Shown in pieces: positions 52,901 to 64,000 of a DNA stretch of 64,000 nucleotides. The DNA is from Adineta vaga (lineage: Eukaryota; Animalia; Rotifera). The stretch's first letter is position 1. The number at the start of each line of letters is the position of its first letter. Location: positions 5,394,001 through 5,458,000 of the forward strand of contig CP075496.1 of the NCBI GenBank assembly GCA_021613535.1, written 5' to 3'. Made by a program: the position numbers and the translations under genes. The notes under the pieces are model-generated. The model was not told the origin of the DNA, did not search any database, and saw only the letters and a program-made list of their open reading frames with translations.

Positions 52901-53050
52901 ATTCCATTGGCTATACATGAAAATAAAAGTAAATTAGCAATTGCAAAAGAAATTCATACAAATAATTTTCAAGACAAATCGAAATATATCAAATTATTAA
53001 AACAAGATAATCAAAAACGTTTGGGAAGTGATGATGAAATCATAATGTAA
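49938..53050 (+). CDS. PCSK2: Prohormone convertase 2 (neuroendocrine subtilisin-like), many short exons
   Basis: Signal peptide, RKRR and RAKR pro-sites, [38 protein letters not shown] (PC2-specific oxyanion Asp), GTSAAAPE, P domain ([29 protein letters not shown]). Confidence 0.96.
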
Positions 53051-53737
53051 TCAAAAAAAAAAGAATAAATAAATTCATTGAATTTCATCCCACAGACATA
53101 GTCTAGCGAAGATCATCGATTTTATTGTCATGTACAGTCTTATTCCATTTTTTCTCCCTTCAAATACCATCTCAATTTTGTGAATATGAAATATATATTT
53201 ATCAACATTCGAAAAGAAAGAAAACAAAATCAAATTATATTTATTCTATTATCTTTTCTTGTTCCGAAATAAATAACAAAATAAATGAAACATCTAAAAT
53301 AATAATTATTTTTAAGAAATAACATCCTAATTCCAATTATTTTGCTTCACATATGAACTGAGAAGTTTGACTGAAAGTATGTTTACAACACATACATTAT
53401 TTATTCCCACGAGGGATCTTCCATTTGCTCTAGTTTGATAATAGATCATTGCGATGTTATATTATTTTTTGAAAGAACAAAGAATGTCTGGAAAATACAT
53501 TAATATATTTATGCGCTTACGCTTGAAATGATTAAATATTGCAATGTTTATTAATTTTTCGAAGATCGAAAAGAAAAAAGAGATTGTTGTATGCGTAAGT
53601 ACAGAAATCGATTTCTGTAAAACAAATATACACGTATAAGAAATGTACAAATAAATGAGAAAGAAAATGAAGAAATAAACATGAAAAAGAAGAGAAATTG
53701 TATCGATTAATCAATGATGACGAAAGTTTTTTTAGTT

Positions 53738-56700
53738 TCATTTCTTTTTCTTATTTAATAATCGACATGGTGATGTTAATTGACGATATTTTTCAAAATC
53801 TTTTGCTCGTTCTTTCCATCGTCGCATTGGAGTATTTTGTAAACGTTTTACTGAACGTGTTTGTTCTCCAGTTCCCATACCGGGTAAAACAATTTTATCT
53901 CCACGTGTTAATGCCTCTTCAATAATACGTTGTTCTGGTGTATGGACTGATGTAACAGTGAATCTATTTTGTAAATCGCCATGTTTTATTGATGGTACAA
54001 TCGATCGATTGTGTATATTTTCTGATGTTTGTAATTCAAATGCACGTACTTGTTTTTGTACACGACCGTTTAATTCATCTTTTAGTTCACCAATACTGTC
54101 TCGACCACTATTGAGTACACTGATATTCTAAACAAATATGAAGTATTATATTTTATTTTCTTACAGATCAGATATTAATATATATGTGTATATATTTATT
54201 AAATATAGATTAAACAAAAAGCACAGAAATTAATTATTTTTTCATAACATCAAAAAAAAATCAACTATCTACATGAAATGAATTAGGTATATTTGTTTAC
54301 CTCAACATTCTCTCCAAGATTTAATGATGTCCATTTTGTTACCGATGTATGAAAGAGTTCATTGGATGGTTGAGATAATGAACATGAGAGTGAACGTTCT
54401 TTTGATATGGATGATGGAAGAGTAGTTAAAGACGATGTTGAAATTAAATTTGAAATAGAAGACGAAAGACGAACTGGCATTTTTGGTGTTGTTGATTTCT
54501 CAGTATCTTCAATACGAGAAAAAAATATAGAATTAATCCATTAATTGTTCGATCATGTTTTCATACCTGTATTTATTGTCTTAATTGGTGTTGTTTTCAT
54601 ATCAAAATTTTCGTACTCTTCATCCTAAAGATAAGATGAAAATTTTTTCATGAATATTAATAATAGATCGAGCCACTTACATCTGAATCTGTTAATCGAA
54701 TACAACGATTTTCATTACGTCGTAAAATTTCATCAAGTTCATCATTTTTATTCAATGATTTTTCAACCAAAACAGGTACAATTGATTGTATGCATTGTTG
54801 ATTATTATCTTTTATTTCCATTGAATCACGATCAGCCAACATAGTTTGTGAAAGAGTCTCGTTTTCAATATGTTCAGGATTGGACATTGGTACTTCTGTT
54901 GTTGTCTTTTGATTTTCAGGTATTAATTTACTACTACTGAAATTTCTTTCTAGATCAGTTTCATCAATAAATGCAACATCAAGTGGATCGTTTTCATTAT
55001 TTGCTGGTTCTGATGAAAAACCTTTTAATGATTGAGCATCTTCATTACCAACGACAACAGCTAAATTAAGTTCATCTACGATATCATCAACATCATTATC
55101 ATCATCATCATCACTATATGAATCTTGATTGGGATTTTTTGTTCGTTGTTCATCATCACTTGTATTTTGTTGTTGATTCGATAATGAATGTGAATAATTA
55201 TTAATTTTACAACTGATGTGACGAGTTTGTTGTTGACCACCACTGGATGAGATGGATCGACGAGGACGAAAAGTAGTTGCGGTAAATGAAGCACTAGTTA
55301 CATCATCCGAATGACGGCGAACACCAAAACTAGAATGCATCAGTAATGATGTTCCTCCTAGTTGTTCAGTTGACATTTGCATGGAATCATTTCCAGCTTT
55401 GATTGGTGATGGTGAAAGTTCAGTGAACGAAGTTGAATCAACAGTTGACGTAGCTAACATAGGAGCATGAATTGCAATAAGAGGTTTACGTTCAGCTTTC
55501 TAAAAAAATAAAGATATAATTGATATAAAGAATTCAATAATGAAAATACAAACTCGACTAGATTTTGGCCATTTCCATGAATCCAATAGATTGAGTCTAG
55601 ACAAAAAAAATTAATTGTAACTGTTTTTCAAGCAAATTCACTTCCATCATATATAGAGAGTATCTTATTTTCGAACGAAACATACTTTTTTGCATCCAGT
55701 GATTTGTTATTGCAAGAATTTGATGCTAGATTTGAGAGTAACGGAGGAGGTATTTCATGTGGAATGATTGATATTGGTTGAAGAGTACCATGTGCATTTG
55801 AACCATTACTCATCATTGAAGTTGTTAGTGTTGTCATTGAACTACTCGGTGTAGTGGTTGATAAAGATGAAACAGATCCTGATGAAACGGATGATGTTGG
55901 ATTGACAATCGTATTCATAAAGCGTACAGGAACTTCATCGGTAAAATGAAGTAATTGTGGTAGATGTGAATGTTCTATTTTGAATGGAAAACCTACGATT
56001 CGTTTATAAAAAAAGAAACATTTTGAATAGATAAAGACACTTACCAGGATCATTACTGTGACTAGGTGTTTTCTTTTTACGTCGAAAAGCTGTAATTGGA
56101 CTAGTGAAACGATTCGCATTTGGTAATGACATTTTTTCTTGTGATGCTGTTTTCGTTTTTCTAATAAAAGGAAAAGAATCATCAATAGAATTATCTCAAA
56201 ACAGATACCGTTGTCATTATATTATTTGTACTTTCATAGTGTATTAAAAATGCTATTTACCCTCGCTTTGAATTAAATCCATTTGGATCATCACTTGATT
56301 TTCGTTTAGTTGTTGTTGGGCCTGATGTTGCTGATGATGATAAACAATTTCCATGAATACTATTTTGTTGATAATGATGACGATATTCACGTGTATGAGA
56401 AGATGATAATTTTCCACTTTGATCCAAAAATGCATTCGTCTGATCACGACTATCATTGTTTGAACCCGATCGTCGTCGAAGTCGATTAGTCATATGAACA
56501 AGAAATTCTTGAATAAAGGTAAAAATACGTTAGAAAACGAATAAAATAGAAATTATTTCAAATAACCTTTAACTGAACCACTTCGTCGTTTTTTTGCATT
56601 TGCTTGATCATGCATTTTTCCTCCGCCAATACCATGTTTGATTCCATTTTCAATCGCAAAACTATCATCTGGATTTTGTGCTGCTTCTTTTTGTCTCATT

Positions 56701-57598
56701 TCTAAAAGCATTTGTGATCGTTCATAGATTGAATCCGTGACATAACCAAGTTTAGTTGCATTTAAAATTAATGTTTCGACAATATCACTCACACTTGTTG
56801 CACATTGTTCTGTCATAATACTTGCTTTACCATCAATAGACGTACGCATTATACCAGGACCTACACAAATGGCTAAATTCTTAGCATTCATCTTGTTATC
56901 ACGTTCATTTAATGTAATTTCATGTAAAAATCGTAAGATATAAATAAGTGCATGTAAATGTTCATCGGGTAAAAGTAAAAGAATATTAAAATAAATATCG
57001 ACTTTTTTATCTGACGGTAGAGAACGCATTGAAAAACAATCAAGTAAAAGATCTTGTAAAGGATGTGTAATTAATGGATATGTAAGACGACGGAGAAATT
57101 CTTTAAACAATGAACAAATATCGAATACTGTATTCGATGATGATAAACTAGGTGTTAATGAACCATCTTCAATACGAGCCTAGAAAATAAAAAAAGAAGA
57201 AATTCCATTAAAATATCTTTTATTGATAATAACAAAAGAAAAATGTTAATTGATTTTACCATAAGTTCTTTGACACGTTGAGATCCACCTGACTTACGAA
57301 AAAGACCTTCATGTTTAATAGAACGACGTATACAATCGAAACACCAGCGTAAAAATATTGGTACTGTTAATTCGAGATCATCTACTCGTACTGAGATCGT
57401 ATCCATTTGATGGAGAGGTACATTAAATACACGAGCACCATGTTGATGTTTCGGATTATTAGCAATATGTGGTGATGTTTGACCGATAGTTACATTACGA
57501 TGTTTATGGGTGTCAATGCGTAAACCAATATTGTTGAGATCATTGATAATAAATTCACGAACACCTCCTTTTTCTTCAATTGTAATAAAATTACGCAT
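53738..57598 (-). CDS. Rho GTPase-activating protein, ARHGAP11-like (N-terminal RhoGAP domain, long disordered tail)
   Basis: RVFNVPL..VPIFLRWC..HEGLFRKSGG (arginine finger), DICSLFKEFLRRL..PLIT, LLLPDEH, NKMNAKNLAICVGPGIM, KKRRSGSVKEFL. Stop TGA 53738-53740. Confidence 0.88.
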
Positions 57599-59142
57599 CT
57601 TGTCTTTGTTAATGTCTAAAAAATTTCAAATAGAAATGAATTAACTACCTCAATATTTCTTCAATATATGTACATGTAAAAATTAGGAATATCTAATGTC
57701 TGTCAAACATTTATAATATATTTAAGCATAAAAGAACACAAATTTTAATAGAAGAAAAGACATCTGTACGAGACAGAGAACTGCTTATCTATCCAATACA
57801 CTTTGCGGGGAAAATGAAAGAATGAACCAATCGTTAATTGAACAATATTTTAGTGACCTCTATTGGAATGTTCATCACATCAATTTTCTTTATAATCATA
57901 GATCATTTATCATCAGATAAGATATTCCTTCACCATAGCATATCTATGATGCGAATTGAGTACAATCATACAACGTTTCTTTATATAGCCGTTTTCGATA
58001 TAGTTGTATTTTCTTTGAAAAATAAAGTCATTTCTTGCAAATATAAATGTTCACAATTAATTTTATCTTTTAGTCGATATCGCGAGAACATTCATCATCA
58101 ACTACGTTGATTGATAATAAGTAAAACAACTGTTTCCAGAAACGTGCGATAGATAACAAACATACATGTGGTGTTTTACGGAAGAAAAAGTTATGTAAGA
58201 GCAAATACTCTTTCAGAAGATTATGAGCTCTATGCTTAACTATGTCATTCAGTTGCTATCATCATTTTATTACTATGTTAACAAAGAAATCTCATACTTA
58301 TTCATTTAGATTAATTACAAAGTAATGAATGTACCTATTGTCAGCGTTGAGATCGATGCTGTTCAACTCTGCTTAGTCGTATAGATCATTTAATAAGGTA
58401 AAATCAAATGTGTAACTTCTTACAAACATTGAATACGGATCACATTTTGATAATATCAGTCAACTAATTTATCTTAAATTATACTTCGAAAGAATAAAAA
58501 TCGACAAATAATAGTTTTTTTTTCTTAGGTATATAATATTTATGGTGCATATAGAATAAGAATAATAGTCAGAATTGCTATTAAATGCTCATGATCAGAT
58601 TGCATGCTGTGCAATGGTTACAAAGTTAGTTCTATTTGTTCTGCCAGAATACGTATATGAGAGAGAGAGAGAAAGAGAAAGGAGGAGGAGAGTAAGAACA
58701 ATAAATTATGTATATATAATATGTCCTATCTCCTCCTTGACGTTTTCAACGTTTCTTATTCTTGCACTTCTATTATACGTATCTGTAGTATCAGCACAAA
58801 CAATAATGATAAGACAGTGGAAGGCAGGCATTGTATTTATTGCTTACGGACGTACGTATGGAGTCGATGATCTTGCAATACTATTTGGACACGACTGAAG
58901 ACAAGGTCTCCCTATCTCTCTCTCACTCTCTCTCCTTCTCTTCTAGCAAAAGTAGAAAGGAAAGGAAAAGAAAAGAAAGAAACAAGAACAAGCAGTAGTA
59001 GCAACAGACAAACAGAGAAAAGGCTAGTACGGAATGCATAACTAAACGACCCGCCATTCTATTAAATAAGATAGAAAGAAAACTTCTTCAGAGAATAAAA
59101 ATATCAAGTATCATAGTTGGGTTTTATATTGAAAAACAAACA

Positions 59143-60116
59143 ATGGATAATTCATTATATCCAACTATACCTATTCTACTTGAACGATCAAGTTTAAATC
59201 AAAATTGGGGTTTCCGTTTACAAGGTGGAGCTGATTTTCGATTACCATTATCGATTAAAAAAGTTAGTGTCTCATCATTTGTGTAAATAAATAATGAAAT
59301 TACAATGATTTTACATTCATTTTAGATCTTACCTAATTCAATAGCACATAATAAACTTTATCCAGGTGATGGTCTTATTTTTCTCGATGGACAAGATGTT
59401 AGCACAATGAAACATGACGATGCACAAGCTATCATGCGAAATTCATTACGATTACAATTGATTCTTAGACGGTATGTTCAATCTAGAAATCTTTTAAAAA
59501 CGCTGAGAAAGATAAAGCAATGACGTTTGACATATTTTATATCATGAATAATCTTTGTGTGTTATTGAAAGGTTCAATATTAGTTTCAACACTTGCTAAA
59601 AGACAACTTCAGACATGCCTTGATATACACTTTCTTTGACCTTCATTCATCAGCAAGGGTGTGGAAATATGCTTGCGTAATATACAATACGATTAATTAC
59701 TTCTTGAGACATGTGTAGTCGAGCGAGTCTCATTTGAATGTTACTCATTCAGAAACATCATTGCATTCTACTCGTAACTGCCGGTAGTTTGCTTTTGATA
59801 AAAACTATTTTTGTTGAGAAGACCTTGAGGCAGATTTTTCCATTTATTTTAATAGAGTTCACTGTAAAACTTCGATTGTTACATGTAAAAAATTCTCTTC
59901 AAATGAACTTAGATGCCTCTCAAATTTAAACGATTTCTTCTCAGTTAGAATACTTGAATAGTATATGACATACCGGTTTTCTTTTTCAGTGGTCAACTTA
60001 ACATGATTCGATCATCAAAACCACCTGTTCAATTTGCACCTGGACCAGGACCAAATCCACGTGTCAACTCAGCGTTGTATAATACGACAACATCAAATAA
60101 TTATCGTCGTTTTTAA
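59143..60116 (+). CDS. Small PDZ-domain protein of Zasp/PDLIM (ALP-Enigma) type, ~130 aa; 3 exons, absent from the ORF track
   Basis: LERSSLNQNWGFRLQGGADFRLPLSIKK|ILPNSIAHNKLYPGD..LDGQDVSTMKHDDAQAIMRNSLRLQLILRR|GQ...YRRF*. Exons ~59143-59262, 59326-59471, 59990-60116. Confidence 0.85.
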
Positions 60117-61137
60117 TCGAGTTTTTTGTTTCTCCTGTATATCTTTCTTTATTCACACAATGAAGTGTACATCTAATATTTGAATGACAATTTTTAAAAT
60201 TATTCTTTCTACAAAAGTATATACATACGAATAAATCATATGATATAGACATGGTCATAAATGTTGAGTTACAAGTTTTCTCATGTGCAAACTCAGTTGA
60301 AAAGATAATTAGTCTATTTGCGTTTATTTTTTCAGAATTAAATAGCATATTTTGAATTTAATGAGATAGTTAGCTAAATCATAACCTACAAGACGTTCTT
60401 TCGTCGAATATGCAGAAGAAATGAACATTAGCTGCAATATTAATTATTATCATTTTAACGATGCATGAAGGACAAACAAATAGAAAAATGTTCTATGTAT
60501 AGCAGTTGAGCAATACAAACTATGGAAGAAAAACATATTTCTAATTGATTCTAATCCCTAATGATTCCTTTCATTTCGCCAAATATTAACGATACATTTT
60601 CTGCTTTCAATTCCATGTGAAATCCCCAACTCATAATATGCTAGTTGATTAGAAAGATTAAACAAGTACATTAAGAAGATTTTCTCTCTATTCGTGAATG
60701 CGTAGAGAATCGAATCATCATTTAATGAAGAATATAAAACTCCTGTATCTTCTCAACAATCACAATGAAATGAATACATATATATTTGACAATCCTTTGT
60801 TTTCTAGTTCTATTCGAAAGTTTATATTAGAAAGATTCATAAAAAAAAACAAGCATTGAAAATCAATTATTGACAATATATGCAAACAGAATAGAATAGC
60901 GCTTGATTTATATATCAAACAAAAAAAAACAGACAATATGTATCGAATATTTTGTTTAATTCTAATGATATAAAACTATTTATTAAACAAATTTAAGGTA
61001 TACATTAATATATATATATATATGTAGATAAATATGTACAATTGATCTTAATCACCTGACAATATAATAATTATGTCTTTTTTTATTAATAATGAGACAA
61101 TAGGAAAACAAACGAAATGACTAGTAAAACCAAGATT

Positions 61138-64000
61138 TCATTTACCAGATGTATTTTGTTGTTTAGTTGGTTTTCGTTTCATGACATGATTGATATACGC
61201 TTCTAATTCCCGTAATGTCGATGGTTTAAGTATTTCAAAATCAATTTCCATTTCATCTCGACTTGAATCACGTAATGACGGTTCTCGTTTGTAAATAATC
61301 TGTTTGTATTTAAAAAAAACAACATATCGAATGAATTTGATTTCAATAAAAAAAATGCGAACCTCAACAACAGGACCAAGTTTTTCACTTGGTAAATTAT
61401 TGATATCTACACTTAGTTGTCGTTTTTCATCGTATGTCATTGGTTTTGAATTTTCTTCGCTTTGAAAATCAAATGCTGAAGAAGCAGGCGCTGTTGCTGT
61501 GGTAGGTTTTTTTGGTGTACTAAAAAACAACAACAATAATATTTATATGAAGAAAAAAAGTGATTCTCATTCTTCTTTACTAACCGTTTAACTCCTGTAC
61601 CACCAGCTGCTGTTGTTCCACGACGAGCTTGTTCAACACCTTTACTAATATTATTTTTAGCTGTATTCGTTTTTGTTGCTTTTGTAGGTTTTGTCGGACT
61701 TATATCTCCAAAACTATATGCATCCATCGAAGGCATATTAAATTGACTAGTACCATTCGGTGTAGGTGTAGCACTTGATGTAAGTAAACTTGCAAGAGAT
61801 TGTGTCGATTTTTTCGTTGCCGCAGCTGCAGTTGAAGGATTACGTGTAGCTGTTTGTGGCATAGGATTATTTGATGTACTTTGAACAGCAGAAAATATAT
61901 TTGGTGATAAAAGTGACGAACGGTTTGGTTCATTGGCTGTACTGGTAAAAGCGAATAGTTCAGAACTGATACCTTTACCATTATTTCGTTTCATTCGACG
62001 TTCATAACGTAGTTTAACTCGATCATTAGTTTGCTGAATTAAATACGTCAATGTATTACCAATATTTTTCACCTTAATATAGAATAAATATATATATATA
62101 GAGAAAAAAGTTTCTTCGATCATTTTAATCTTACTTGTTCTTGAAGAGAATACAATTGTCGAAGAGTATTTTCTCGTGTATTTTCAGTTTCATCAACATT
62201 TTCATCACTTGATGCGCCATCATCTGAACTTGTAATCATTGATGACGTATGTCCACCAGCACTACTATTATGTTTGGATGAATGACGTTTACGTTTTCGT
62301 ACAGTAGACGAAGATGGTGGTACTAGTCCATTGTTACGTGCACTCGATGATGGAGGGTCAGTATCTATATGTGTTATCGGTGGTTCATCAGGTAATTTTG
62401 CAAATTTATCTTCGAACATTTGCTAAAATAAATGAATTTTATAGAAAATCTTTTCAGAAAAATAGTAATATTCCTACTTCGACTTTTTTACACATCGCAA
62501 CAACATCTGTGTGTGGTCCATTATAAAGATAGCAATTGCTAAATATAAGTCGTACGTCAGTTGCAAACTCATCTGGTGTTGCATATTCACGATTTTCAAG
62601 TTTTTTCTAAAGATACGAAATAAAAGAAATAATGAAAAGGAATTTTTCTTTTCGTTATACCTTAGCAGTACCAAGATCCATTGGTTTTTTAATAATTTGA
62701 TAATAATCAGATAGATTAAGAGTTTTAACATCAACAGGTTTGGCAAATGGCCAAACGAATGCCTGATCGAATAAAGAGAAGTATTTGAAAAAAAAACACG
62801 AAACGAATCAATCAATAAGTTTACCAGATTCTTTTTATGTAATAAATCTTTGACGATATTAAGACAAAATTTTAACTGTTCCGTCATACGATTTTTTGGT
62901 CGTTTAACTGAAGTCTAAATAAAATAGAAGCAATGATTAAATTGATTTCGAGAAGAGAAAATATTTCTTTACATCATTAGGTACACTATTTTCATATTTA
63001 ATACGTTTCAATGGTCCAGTAGTGCTATTTGTACGTTTAAACACTGCATCTTCATCTGTTTCAGTTTTTCGTTTAAAAGTCTAAATAATAAATCGATGAA
63101 AATCTTTCAAAATCTTTCGTAAATAAAATCTTACAGATGCTGATAAATCGTTAGTTGTCAATAATGCTGAATTCGACATCGATTGATGTTCTCCTGATAA
63201 TTTTGGTGACAATGATTGACTATTTTGATCAATATGATTTGAATTATTATTTAATGGAGAAAATGGAGATGTCATAGGATTTGGATTAGTTGTTGATAAT
63301 GTTCGATCTCGTGATGATGGATTTGTACCATTGGCATGAGAACTATTTACAGAACGAGCCGATGGAGATTGTACTAAATTAAAATATAAGAAAATAGTCA
63401 GAATAAAATTCATATGAACAATGAATACATGTATCGATTCGTATATTTTTTTTATAAGCGATTGTCGATCTTTGTATCATTGTTTTCTCTCTTCAGACAT
63501 GTATACAATTCTGTCAATATATCGCTGCTCTTTCCTCTTATGTGAATTGACCTTATATCTATGTTAGACAAATTTATCGTAATAGCGTATAATATATCCT
63601 GTTTGTTCGTTCAGATAGTGTACGATCAAGTGATTTTCTTTTATTTTGATCGTTTGCCTTCTTAGAATTTTCCTATGTAAGTTTCAAAATTCAAAGTAAT
63701 ACTTGTCTACGTATTATGTAAAGCTCAATTTTGAATCAATATAAATATGATTTAATAAAAAGATTATCCAATGATCTAGTGGATCATCTCATCGATAATC
63801 TCTGTCTTACTGAGACTCATAGTACTCTTAAATATGACATTTCTTTCTAGTGATGACATACATGGTGAGATAATATGTTCACTAGGAGTTGATGGTGAAG
63901 CTACGGAAACCGATAAACTTCCATCACCAATACCCTTGACTCCAGCTGGTTTTGTTGGATGTGGTACAATTTCAATCTCCTAAAAGAAATAAAATATTAA
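61138..64000 (-). CDS. BET-family bromodomain protein (BRD2/3/4, fs(1)h-like); 5' end lies outside the window
   Basis: BD2: [58 protein letters not shown]. Motif-B-like coiled coil. ET domain: [54 protein letters not shown]. Confidence 0.93.

Noticed and set aside
1-64000. Prokaryotic systems (CRISPR array, defence operons), rRNA/tRNA genes, alternative genetic code
   Set aside because: The sequence is intron-rich eukaryotic DNA that translates cleanly with the standard code after splicing. No repeat-spacer arrays or structured RNA genes were recognised.

Overview
AT-rich (roughly 30% GC by eye), gene-dense animal DNA with many short (~50-65 nt) GT-AG introns. Composition, intron size and gene style suggest a bdelloid rotifer (inference). 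About 19 protein-coding genes can be assembled by hand. In order: a WSC/C-type-lectin membrane receptor (-); two tandem type I PIP5 kinases (+); an ankyrin-SOCS-box protein and GMF (+); a Kelch protein (-); a MAPK phosphatase (+); a polyQ/PTB scaffold (+); a run of seven minus-strand genes (TMC channel, intronless histidine phosphatase, ANKRD54, orphan ORF, MTMR9, JKAMP, PGPEP1); prohormone convertase 2 (+); an ARHGAP11-like RhoGAP (-); a PDZ-only Zasp/PDLIM-type protein (+); and a 5'-truncated BET bromodomain gene (-). No rRNA, tRNA, CRISPR or intact transposon was recognised. The strongest signal is operon-like gene coupling. The ANKRD54 stop codon lies 6 nt upstream of, and in frame with, the ATG of an intronless, probably foreign histidine phosphatase, and that TAG also reads as a splice acceptor. 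JKAMP and MTMR9 are 58 nt apart with AATAAA, a U-rich tract and CAG|ATG between them. The ASB-GMF pair looks similar. This points to polycistronic transcripts resolved by spliced-leader trans-splicing, possibly a route for expressing horizontally acquired genes (hypothesis). All gene models and family calls are from reading motifs by eye; no searches were run.
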